Part shown: piece by piece, positions 52,757 to 64,000 of the stretch | Position numbering within the stretch: the stretch's first letter is position 1 | Layout: each line of letters opens with the position of its first letter | From: Heptranchias perlo | Lineage: Eukaryota | Assembly (NCBI RefSeq): GCF_035084215.1 | Contig: NC_090340.1 | Span: 24,118,001-24,182,000 of the forward strand | Direction of reading: 5' to 3' | Length of the DNA stretch: 64,000 bases | The notes under the pieces: model-generated | The model's database searches: none | Told to the model about the DNA's origin: nothing | The model's input: the letters and a program-made list of their open reading frames with translations, nothing else | Translations under genes and position numbers: made by a program

Positions 52757-54345
52757 AATATCCTCCATTGTGACACATCAATACCCTCCATTGTGACACA
52801 TCAATACCCTCCATTGTGACACATCAATACCCTCCATTGTGACACATCAATACCCTCCATTGTGACACATCAATACCTCCCATTATGACACATCAATACC
52901 CTTCAGTGCGGTACATCAATACCCCACATTATGGCACACCAATACCCTCCAGTTGGCACATCACTATCCTCCAGTGTGTCACATCAATACCCTCCAGTGT
53001 GGCACATCAATACCCTCCAGTGTGGCACATCAATACCCTCCAGTGTGGCACATCAATAGCCTCCAGCGCGACACATCAATATCCTTCAGTGTGACCCTTC
53101 AAAACCCTCCGGTGCAACTTATCAATACCATCCTTTGAGGCCCATCAATACCCTCCAGTGTGGCCCATCTATTACCTCCAGTGTAGCACATCATTACTCT
53201 CCAGCATTGCAGATCAACACCTTCCAGTGTGGCTCTTCGATACCCTAGAGTTTGGCACTTCAATACCCTCCAGTTTGGCAAATCAATTCTCTCCAATGTG
53301 GCACATTAATTCCCTTGCCACATCAGTGTAGCATGCAAATGTGTTCCAGTGAGGCACAACACTGGTAACACTCTGATAGTCTATATGTAACTGGTAGTAA
53401 TCAAAAACCTCCAGTGTGGCACATCAATACCATCCAGTGTGACACATCACTATACTCCAGTGTGGTACATCTCTACCCTCCAGTGTGGCACATCAATACA
53501 TTCCAGTGTGGCACATCAATACCCTCCAGTGTGGCACATCAGTGTAGCATTTAAATATGCTCCAGTGAGGCACAATACTGGTAACACTCACTGATAGTCT
53601 ATATGTAACAGGTAGTAATCAATACCCTCCAGTGTGGCACATCAATACCCTCCAGTGTGGCACATCAATACCCTCCAGTGTGGCACATCATTACTCTCCG
53701 ACATTGCAGATCAACACCTTCCAGTGTGGCGCATCAGTGTAGCAAGTAAATATGTTCCAGTGGGGCACAATACTGGTAACACTCACTGATAGTCTATATG
53801 TAACTGGTAGTAATCAATACCCTCCAGTGCACCCCTTCAATACCCTCCAATGTGGCCCTTCAATACCCTCCTGTGTGGCACATCAGTGTAGCATGTAAAT
53901 GTGTTCCAGTGGGGCACAACACAGGTAACGTTCACTGATAGGGTGGCACTTCAATACCCTCCAATGTGATACATCAATTCCCTCCAGTGTGGCACATCAA
54001 TACCCTCCAGTGTGGCACATCAATTACCTCCAGTGTGGCACATCAATACCCTCCAGTGTGGCACATCAATTACCTCCAGTGTGGCACATCAATACCCTCC
54101 AGTGTGGCATGTCAGTGTAGCATGTAAATATGCTCCAGTGGGGCAGAACACTGGTAACACTCACTTATAGTTTATATGTAACTGGTAGTAATCAATATCC
54201 TCCAGTGTGGCCTGTCAATATCCTCCAGTGTGGCCTGTCAATACCCTTCAGTGTGGCCCGTCAATACCCTCTAGTGTGGCCCGTCAATACCCTCTAGTGT
54301 GGCCCGTCAATACCCTCCAGTGTGGCCCGTCAATACCCTCCAGTG
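52757..54345. repeat. 23-bp minisatellite with an interspersed ~77-bp cassette (higher-order structure)
   Basis: Monomer atcaataccctccagtgtggcac. Cassette agtgtagcatgtaaatatgttccagtggggcacaatactggtaacactcactgatagtctatatgtaactggtagta occurs at about 53325, 53541, 53736, 53885 (truncated) and 54114. Confidence 0.93.
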
Positions 54346-55009
54346 CTATGCAGACGTGCCCTTTAATGTGGTACTTGCACACACATCGTTCCATGTGAGA
54401 CATGCACGGTAGAAAACATAACCCCACAAACCCAACTGAATGTACATCACTAAAGTTATATGTATATTGCTACTTTGAGGTTGATGTAATGGTTTGAGTG
54501 TAATCTAAATCCAGCCTAAAATGGTGATGTCTGGTAATATTTCTGCATTCTGAAAGTAATGGATTAGTTCAAATCAAATATAAAGATTAACTCAGCAACA
54601 AAATTACACAGCAATAATTATTATTTATTGTGAAAAGCTCAATCACACTGGAGCATACAACACTATTATCTCCTACCCGAACACAGCAGCCTCTCACATT
54701 TACTGTTACCCAGTCATCTCAAATATAATGTGTTGTTTATGACTCCCTAATTATTAACAAACTCACTTAAAACAGCCTCTCCTTATCAAACCGCTCTCTC
54801 TTTGTATGTGATTCCGAAATTCCCGGCCATAACTGTGAGTACTTGGGACATAAACAAGTAAAGTGGCTTTTCATCATGTTAATGTGGTGTCACATGTAAA
54901 ACTATAATCTTAAAGGTGAAATTTAAATGTTATAAAATTAAAATGTCATATTTACTTAATATTTATATAAATCTATATTAATATGCTGCCCACCTGCTGT
55001 GACCAGTGT

Positions 55010-55502
55010 GAGGCCTGAGCCATTTTGAGGCCCAGGCCTCATCCGCATGCAGGTGACAAACCAGCGCTCTGAGGCAGCTGTTAGGGAGGGTGGAGCCGGC
55101 CGACAGTCACAGTCTGGTGGGGGGGGGGAGCCAATCCGGGGGAGAGGGGTTCGCCGTCCTGCTCCTCCCGGCCCCACTAAAATAAAACTTTTAAAAAATC
55201 TTTGGGCCGTTTTTATAGCGGCCTCCAGCGGTCCTTTGCTGGTTAGGCCGCTCAACGCGTGGAGCAAATGGGCAAAGCATTGGTGGTGCACATCCCACCC
55301 ATTGTACCTCGGAATTGGAATTGGGGTCCTACGTAATTCAGATGGCTTCCCCGCCTGAAGCAGGCGGCTGTTCCAGCTGCTCTTCTCAGGACCCTACTCA
55401 AGTTTGCAGCAGCCGGAGCGCCAATGCAAGCAGGGCCCGACGCCATTTTCAGGCCTTTGCCGCCTCATTTCCAACAGATGGAGGTACTTAAAAGCGGCCC
55501 CT
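55010..55502. mobile_element. Probable Harbinger-type MITE remnant
   Basis: CpG-rich block ending ...ttaaaagcggcccc, with an internal cctgctcctcc.ggcccca motif shared with 23340-23355. Confidence 0.45.
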
Positions 55503-57224
55503 TTGTGTCTGGGGCCTGCCCACGCTGTATCAAAGTGTTTACACCCATGATAGATGTCTCTACAATTTTTTTTCAGTCTGTATTGACAAGATTATGAAAG
55601 GGTTTGATAGGGTAGAGAAGGTGTCTCCGCTTGCGGTGGAGACCAGGGCTAGGGGCCATAAATATAAGTTAGTCATTAATAAATCCAATAGGGAATTCAG
55701 GAGAAACTTCTTTACCCAGAGAGTGGTTAGAATGTGGAACTCACTACCATGAGTAGTTGAGACAAATAGCATAGATGCATTTGAGGGGAAGCTAGATAAA
55801 CACATGAGAGAGAACGGAATAGAAGGAGTTGCTGATAGGGTTAGATGAAGTAGGGAGGGAGGAGGCTCGTGTGGAACATTAACACCGGCATGGACCTGTT
55901 GGGCCGAATGGCCTGCTTCTGTGCTGTACATTCTATGTAAAAGGCACAGAAAAGTTTTGCCAGAACGGTGGCAAAGTGTTTGTGAACTAACATGCAATAG
56001 CTTGGGTTATATTGCCTAGAGATGAGAGGTTAAAGGGTGATCTCACTGAAGTGTTTGAAGGGGTCTTCCCTTAAATAGGAAAATCCAGAACAGGGCTTTC
56101 TCTCAAAATTGGAACTAAGCCAGTTAAAAGTGAATCCAGAAAAAATTTCTTCACACAAAGGCTTAATGGAATGTGGAATACACTGCCCCTGAACAGAATC
56201 AATTTAAGGTGATTAGAAGAGAGGTAGATACTTACTTTAAAAGTAAAGATATTAAGGGACATGGACAAAGGCCAGGGGTTTGGGGTTAAAAAGATTAAAA
56301 GCCTTCATGACCAACAAAATGGCAAAGCAGGCTCAAAGGCTGAATCTAGTCCTGTTCCTATGTTCCTAGCACCCATGAGAGAGGCACCAAGTGGAAATAA
56401 GATGCTGCTCTACTGGGAGAGAGGGAAAACTAAATTATGAACTACTTTTTTTTTAAATACAAATTTTACACATCTGGAGACATGATACAGGTCAGAATAT
56501 ATGCTACATTGCAGATTCCACAATGCTTTCCGGGACATGTGATGAGGCACCAGCAACAGTTCTGTACATCTGATTGGTATTACCCACTGACAGAGCTGAG
56601 GCCAATCCTTGATAGGCAATTACTGCCACTAGAACCCTAATCATTGGAACTTTCTCCCAAAGCCACATTGCTTCATTACTCCTCTTCCTTCAAAACTTCC
56701 TAAAATCCGACAGTAAATTTTCATCTTGCTGCCCAGATGGAAAACTGATGTTGCCGATCGGCCGCTTGTTTTAGAAACTGCCTAATCTTTAATTTCCATT
56801 GAAATCAGTGGAAATTAAAAAGGTGCGGTTTCTATAACGGGCAGTCGATCCACAACGGCAGTTTTACATCCGGGCAGAAAGATGAAAATCTACACCCCCC
56901 TGCCCCCTACCCTCCTCCCCCTCCATCTCTTCCTCCTTTTCCCCTCAGAATGCTCTCTTAGCATTCTTTGACATGGGGGATGCTATATAAATAAGCTGCT
57001 GTTGTTGCTGGTGGGCCAGGGAGCAGCCTGAGACGGTTCACTCTCGATTTTCCCCCAACCTCTGTAGTAAAGCAATCTCTACCCAGGGGCACACCTGAAA
57101 TGGGAACTCGTGGTGTGGCAGAAAGAAGACGTGAATCTTCACCCTGCCGTTCAGGGTTTAAACTAACACCCTTAAAAACAAACAGGGGAAAGCATCTTCT
57201 TGTAGTAAATAACTACTAACTCAC

Positions 57225-57375
57225 CGGCACACTGTATCCAGTTCCTTCACTTCTTCTGTTTCTCCTTCAATACTTTTGGCCAGATTATCTCCCAGCTTCA
57301 GCAAACATTCAGCAAATCCTTTGTATATGTGGCTACATTTTCTGCCAGTAGCGTCAGCTTCACTGAAGAGAAGAA
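57225..57375 (-). CDS. NRN1L: Neuritin-like protein, coding exon 2 (end of signal peptide plus first three conserved Cys)
   Basis: Minus strand reads ttccag|TT CTT CTC...GTG TGC CG|gtgagt and translates LLFSEADATGRKCSHIYKGFAECLLKLGDNLAKSIEGETEEVKELDTVCR. This matches the neuritin family (human NRN1L ...CDTIYQGFAECLIRLGDSM...ELETICR, recalled). Splice sites are canonical and the phase-2 end fits exon 3. Confidence 0.9.
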
Positions 57376-58667
57376 CTGGAAATTAAAGTGAAGATCATTA
57401 CACATATACCAGAGTTTAAACGAGCCTTCAATAAAAGCAGTACCTTGAGTACAAGCACGTCCTGTTTGCATCTGACACATTAGTTTTGAGTAATTTTTCA
57501 TTATTTTCCTCAAAGTTTTTTTGAAAACTTTTTATCTTATTTTCTCCCGCATTCACCTCACACTAGGTTAGCTCCTACCCATTTGAGCAACCCTCCTCAG
57601 ATAGGGGTTGATGAGGATAAGGGGGTGGAGGTGGTTGTAAAAAGATCTAGCCTGTGAATGGTTTTCATAGATGGCACTGGTGTCCTTCCCTTGGAACAGG
57701 TATCTTTTTGAATGTTGTCATGAAATAATTTTGGTTCCAACTCAAATTTCTATTGGCACTAAAAGGCAACCTTTTCACGGTGAGACTGTACAAGCAGTGT
57801 GAATGGAATAACCTCTATTATACCACCAGCCAACTTTGCAGCCATTTATTTAATGTTATCACACATGTAGAGACGATGAAAACACATTATTTTAATTCAA
57901 GGGGTCGAAAAGCAAAGAGAACAGGTGGCAATGGAGAATGGGGTGGGGGGAGGAATTGGCCAGTATTGGGAGATTTAGACTCTAAGGGCGATGTCCATTT
58001 ATATTAACTTGCGTCTACTTGCGTTTGAATGGTCAACACAAGAGCTGATCCTGGGCCGGCTCTGGTCTACATTGGTAACAACTCAGAATAAACATTTCTG
58101 AGAGATTAGCAGTAGCAAATCACTGGCATTTGTTTTGGCTGATCTTGCCACTAATTTGACTTTCATTTATTCTTACAATTAGTGAACAGAGCACTGTTGA
58201 ACTGATCCCAATCCAGTCGAATACAATTCATGGAACCAACACGCTTTCAGTGCACATCCAAATCAACACAGCAGCTCTTTACTTCCTTGTGATTCAAGCA
58301 AGCGATGAGGGATAGTGCCACTGGCCTGGTATGGTAACACATCATTAATATTTCCGGATCTGTTTATCCCAGAAATTTAGCAAATAACTACTTTGGAGCC
58401 AAGCAGTTGCCTTCAGAATGGTTGAATATTTGTTTTTGGAACTTAAACTGCTAAGTTACAGTTTTGGTTCCTTTTGGTTACCAAATCCAAAAGGGGAATC
58501 TACAATACTAAGACAGGGTGAATTTAGAAGTACATTTTATCAAATAGTGTTTAGAGTGTGATTACTGAGCAGATGAGGTGTATAATTCAGCTGGGAAGCT
58601 GGGAGCAGAAAAAACGCTGTCTAAGTTTCCTGATGACAACATATTGGGAGGCGGTCAAATAATAAAA

Positions 58668-59080
58668 GAAAGAAAGTCTTGGACTTATATAATGCCTTTC
58701 ACAACCTCAGGACGTCCCAAGGCACTTTAAAACCAATGAAGTACTTTTTGAAGTGTAGTCTTATAGAATCATAGAATAGTTACAGCACAGGAGGCCATTC
58801 GACCTGTCAAGCCCGTGCCAGCTCTCTGCAAGAGCAATCCAGCTAGTCCCACTCCCACGCCCTTTCCCCATAGCCCTGCAAATTTTTTCCCTTTGCTGTT
58901 GTAATGTAGGAAACGTGGCAGCCAATTTGTACACCGCAAGATCCCACAAACAGCAATGAAATAATGACCAGAAAATCTGTTTTTAGTGATGTTGGTTGAG
59001 GGATAAATATTGGCCAGGATACAGGGAAGAACTGCCCTGCTCTTCTTTGAATAGTGTCATGGGGTCTTTTAGATCCACCT
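58668..59080 (-). mobile_element. DeuSINE 3' half with a CR1 tail fragment inserted (58761-58893)
   Basis: Homologous to 49045-49545, and interrupted by an atagaatcatagaa...ggccattc CR1-type tail. Confidence 0.75.
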
Positions 59081-59119
59081 AGGCAAAATAAACACAAAGG
59101 GATCTGTTTAGGTTCGGAC

Positions 59120-59850
59120 GGTGAGCTGATAAGTGGTTAATAGAAGTTAAAATGGACAAATGCAAGCTATTGAGGCTAATGCAGGAAAATAAACAGTGGA
59201 AATATAAACTAAATGTTTCTGGACAACAGAGGAGAGAGATTTGGGATATTGGTGGGTAGCTCACTAAAACCAGTGTGTGGCAGCAGTAAGGAAAGTTAAT
59301 TAGTTCTTGAAATATATAGCCAGAGGGATAAGGCATGAATCCCAGGAGGTGATAATAAGCCTGTACAAGGCACAGATATGGCCGCACCTGGAATACTGTG
59401 TACAGTTTTGCTCACCATTCTGCAGCAAGGATATCCAGGCATTGGAGGCACTGCAGAAAAGGACAACCTGAGGCCTCTGAGCTACAAGGAGAGGTTGAGG
59501 AGCCTGGGATTGTTTAAGGAGAAGACAAGGCTCAGAGGAGATATTATTCAAGTTTCTTTAAGAGAACAGACAAATTGAACCCTTATATGTTGGAGATTGC
59601 CACAAACTCAAGAACCAGGGGATAAATTTAGAAAGAGAAGGTACACAGACAATTTAGATTCAAATAATTTAAGGAGAGGGTGATGAACATGTGGAATGGA
59701 CTGACCAGGAAGGCTGAAATTGTGGAAAGAAATTAAGGAATAATTGGATAGGTATTTGAGGGGGTGGATGATTGAGAGGTGTTAATTTTTGGGAGCGGCC
59801 AGGTAGACTACAGAGTCTTTTCCGGTCCTGTACTTTCCTATGTTCCTATT
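59120..59850 (+). mobile_element. Old degraded CR1 RT fragment
   Basis: Relics of LYKA..WPHLEYCVQF, LSYKERLRSLGLF and RLRGDII; ttcctatgttccta tail. Confidence 0.7.
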
Positions 59851-60829
59851 ATTCACTCTTTTTGTTTGTTATGTTTTTGGTCATTTATACTACTTTAGGA
59901 AAGAAAAACCTAAATGTATATATTCTGTGCAGTATATGTCAGACTGGAATGAGCCTTGGCTCACAGGTAGCATTCCTGCCTCTGACTCAGAAGGTTATGG
60001 GTTTATACCCCACTCCAGACAGTCTGGCAAATGGAGACGAGAGTTCTGGTCTTTTATTACTGGGTTCACATCCAGCAGAATATTCACCTCCAATGGGAGA
60101 TGGGAGTAGAGCAGCAACCCCCCGCCCCCCCCACACCCCCCCTCCCTGCCATTGCATTTAGCTGGTCCTCCAGGTAGGGATTTGTGAATCAGGCTAACCA
60201 CCACTCCGCATAAAACAGTGACTTTGTTACAGAAACAACCCAGAACACAATCTGCTGGATGTAAAGCAGTGGAAGAAATGGGTTGTCTTGTGTACCATTA
60301 GGCATGGAAGATAAGAAGAAGGTTCATCAGACTATTACTAAGAGATGTCACGATAATGTAGAATAAGATAGGTTAAAATTACACTTTAACATGTACGCAT
60401 ACATTTCCTTTCAAAAGTGAGGCAGATGTGAGTTTGGATCTTACACTTTTTAATAATTTATGAACTTGTAGTACATGAGTTTTGCTGAACTTGAACTAAA
60501 CATGAAGCCATGTCAGAGCAGCAAATGATGCGTTTCTCTTGTCTAAACTAATTTCGGTTTACGCTTTTATCAACTTACTCCTGGCTGTTTCAATTGATGC
60601 TTTTGTTTGAGAGGTCACTTTGTAAAAGCACACGGATAACATTGAAGCTCACACTCTGCTTTGTGATCTCGTGCTAAATGCAATTTAGCTAATTATACTG
60701 CATAAAATTAATTATGGCAATAAGCATGTTATCACCGTATAGTTTCAGTTTTATTGTGTCAATCTGTGCACAAGGCAAAGTTGTGTTTTCTTTAAATTAC
60801 TTAAGATCATTAGAAAATGAAGAAACAAA

Positions 60830-62892
60830 GGGCTTCATTTTAGCACCCGCTATCGGGTGCGTTCCTGGCGAGGGGGCCCCGAAAATCAGGGAATCCCGGA
60901 GCTGGTCCGGAGCCCGGCTCCAACCCGCCCACTTCCGGGTTCCCCACTGACGCGCCAGCGTGCGCACGCAGCCCCCGCAGGTGGGAATCCCGCAGGCAAT
61001 TAAAGCCAGCGGGATGCCACTTGAAAGTATTTACCTTGGTCTTTCAGGTCATTAACAGACCTGATTAAGTGAATATGTGAGGAGGGGTGGGATTTTATTG
61101 ACAACTGGGACTGTTTCCCACACTGGGGGAAACACTCCCAGTTGAAATGGACCTGTTGCAGCCATCAGCCTGTGGCAGCTGCAAAGGTCCATTTGAGAGG
61201 TGGGGGTGGGGGGTGGGGGGGAGACCCTCACTCGTTGCAGGAGGCCACTCTGTCACTTGGGACAAAGTTTGGCCTCCACCACCCTCCTCCTGACAAGAAA
61301 ATTCACCAACTTGCACACTTACCCCGGGGTCCAGAGACATGTACCTACCTTGCGGACCCCCTCAGATGTACATCTTCCGGATGGGGGCCGCCGTAGCTGC
61401 AGTCATGACCTCCTCGGAGGGCGAACAGCATCACCAGCCTCACCGGCCACGCCGTCCACCTCTGACACGTGGAGCTCCACAACAGAGTGCTGTGACACAT
61501 CCACCTGTACAGCAGGAGCGAGGGCAACCGCAGAGAGAGATGCGTCGCAGAGGGCACTACCCTCGCCACAGGGTCCACAGACCGAGGCTCAGCTTCCTGG
61601 ACCTCTCTGAGCAGCAGTGCACACGGAGGCTCAGAGTCACTCGACATGTAGTCGTGGACATCTGCAGCCTCCTTCATGCCGAGCTGCTCCCGGTTGTCCC
61701 GAGCACCATCTTCTTACCTGTCGCTGTCAAAGTCACCACTGCCCTCAACAACTTCTCCTCCGCATCCTTCCAGGGTGCCACCGGGGACATCGCCGATGTC
61801 TCTCAGTCGTCTGCACAAAAGAGCCCTGCAAATACACCTACACCCACTCTGCAGTGACACAATGGGTGGCATCAGTTGTGGGTCTTCATTGTGATCCTCA
61901 GGAAAGGGCATTATTGCACAAACCAGACAAGATTCGCAAAGACGTGGCAGTAGTGGTGCCAATATAATATGTAATGTGAGTTGGTCAGAAATTCAATATA
62001 AGTAAAAACCATGACAAACCCTCAAACACCCTTGTGCATCCCCTTCATGCTCACGACACGTTTGCCTTACGCTGCCTACTGCATATATGTGATGCATGCC
62101 CTGTGGCTGCAGCACAGGTAATGGCAGGTTGAGTGAGGCTGACTGTGAAAGAGATGCATGAGAGGGTGAGTATGAGATAGAGCCATGAGATTGTATGAGG
62201 ATTGGGTTGAGTGGTAGTGGCGGGATGAGTACTGGCAAGGTGAGTAAGTGCAGGTAAGATGAGGATGAGGTTTGAGTGGGTATGAGGGGTGATGTGACAG
62301 AGTAGTGTTGGCAGTGCAGAAGGAGATGTGGGGTGGGGGGCGGTGATGTGGCAGACGGAGTGTAGGGGAATGAGTAAGTGTACTCACTTTGGCTGACCTA
62401 CTGAGGTCATTGGAGCGCCTCCTGCACTGTATGCAGGTGGGCGATATGTTGGTGGTGCTGGTGACCTCCTCTGCCACCTCGAGCCAGGCCTTCCTGGTGG
62501 CAGAGGCAGGCCGCTTCCTCCCGCCCGCCGAGGGGAAGATCTCTGTCCTCCCCCTCCTCCTCACCCCATCTAATGATACCTAGAGTGAGGCATCATTAAA
62601 CTGGGAGCAGCCTTCCCCCTGGGCTGCTCCATGCTGTAATTTTTTCTATTTGTTGCAGCATCTGTCAGTGGAGGACTGCCCCTTTAAATAGAGCTCCTCC
62701 AGCTGACAGACCTTACTGCGCATGCGCAGCCCGCCCGACGCGCAGATCAGCAGTGGGGAACCCAGAAGACAAGGTCAGTGGATCCAATTAGGCTGCGATC
62801 GTGCGGGGGGCAGACTAATTTCACCGGGCGCGTTACCCACGCGCCCAATGGCCCCCCCGCCGCGAACCCGCATCCCTGCTAACATCGAGCCC
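60830..62892. mobile_element. Non-autonomous Harbinger derivative with two internal deletions, in opposite orientation to 29879-34008
   Basis: TIRs gggcttcattttagca / tgctaacatcgagccc match at 13 of 16 positions, with an AAA TSD. It retains the transposase N-terminus (61380-61820, +) and Myb exon 1 (62386-62633, -), both closely similar to the 29879 element. Confidence 0.9.
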
Positions 62893-64000
62893 AAAGTGTA
62901 TACCAAGAAAAGGCCATTAACCCACCAAGTCTGCACCCTTTAATTGACCATTTGTTTTTTTGCATTATTATAAACTGTGCAAAATTAATAATTGTCTATT
63001 GATATCAAATAGTGCAAACAGTAAAGGTTGCTTAACAGGGAACTGGAGTAAAATGTGTTTCACTTCAAATTTTGTATTTTAGTCAAAGGATATAATAAAC
63101 TAAATAATACACTTCACTAACAAAAACTGCATTAAAACATGTTTTGCATCAATATTCAACAAAACAATGATTCAAAAATATTTCTCCAATAACAAAGTTA
63201 TTCATACACATACAATATTAAGGATACAATTTATAACAGAGTGGGAAGCAATCAAGAGAGTCATGAGGGAGCAATGAATCAGTTTGGAACATAGGCACAA
63301 CCGCTGGGTGGGGGAGAGGAATTATGATGGGGACATTTACCCTCCCCCCAACTTTTTTGGTGTAGCCTATGCTCCCCTGTTCCCCACCTCCAAACACCTT
63401 CTCCAAATCACAGAATTTCACTTGGTGCCCCCCAAATCTTTACACACGATTGCATGTCTGATTCAGTAAAAGGGGTTTTCTACACATTTCCTACACATTC
63501 ACATTTTCCGAAATATCTAATCCCATTGTAGTCTCCAGAAACAGGTGTTAAGAGGACAAAGCCTATTTTACCTTCATTGTTAATAATATAATTTTCATCT
63601 CTTTCAGCAAGTTATTCAAAACTCCTTGTGGTTCAGGATTCTAAGTCACTGGAACAAGAGCCGCTACGGTTAAGGAAAGTTTAATATTAGAGCGTGCCAA
63701 AGACATGGGGTCTCCAGGGTGTATGGGCTGAGAGAAATCCATGGATGCACATTTAGAGATTCCTTCATCTGCTTCTTCCCTACAACGAAGGACAATCCCA
63801 GAAAAGGTGCAGGATGACGACATCACTGATGCCCATAATCTAGAATATGTCCACACCTGTAATGGCCATTGGAGTAGAATGTGTTCCACTTACAATTTTC
63901 AAATGGATAAGATGAACATTTAAGGTAGTCTTAAGACATAGATTTCCAAATTGGGGCCTGTGGACCATAAAGGTTCCTCGAGGGAATCCTGGGGTTCTCC

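Noticed and set aside
52757-54345. Repeat/spacer alternation superficially like a CRISPR array
   Set aside because: The spacers are copies of one another, the monomers are directly tandem, there are no cas genes and the context is a vertebrate intron.
63600-63925. Plus-strand exon after a strong polypyrimidine/CAG acceptor
   Set aside because: All three frames hit stops within about 80 nt and there is no homology clue.
57376-64000. NRN1L exon 1 (signal peptide)
   Set aside because: The minus-strand donor-like sites I checked (about 60577 and 63570) are not preceded by a Met-initiated hydrophobic leader; exon 1 probably lies beyond the window.

Overview
Repeat-dense vertebrate genomic DNA, most likely from a cartilaginous fish. 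That is inferred from the repeat content: abundant CR1/HER1-type LINEs, SacSINE1-like DeuSINEs, Penelope elements and Harbinger transposons. The only host gene I can support is a neuritin-family gene (best match NRN1L) on the minus strand. Its coding exons 2 (57225-57375) and 3 (43333-43612) splice in frame across a ~13.6 kb intron; the signal-peptide exon was not found in the window. Most of the rest is transposon debris. This includes a near full-length but decayed two-gene PIF/Harbinger transposon (29879-34008), a doubly deleted relative (60830-62892), further Myb/SANT relics and MITEs, many CR1, L2 and other LINE fragments, and tRNA-derived SINEs. Two Penelope-like insertions carry minimal hammerhead ribozyme motifs; one is a perfect 109-bp-arm hairpin with a 13-bp TSD. 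There are three conspicuous minisatellites, one with higher-order structure. Two short inverted copies of nearby DNA look like templated repair insertions. Almost all ORFs in the supplied track are repeat-derived or spurious. I do not see convincing evidence of a wholly new biological system. The best leads are the ribozyme hairpin, the Harbinger family architecture and target preference, and the templated insertions.
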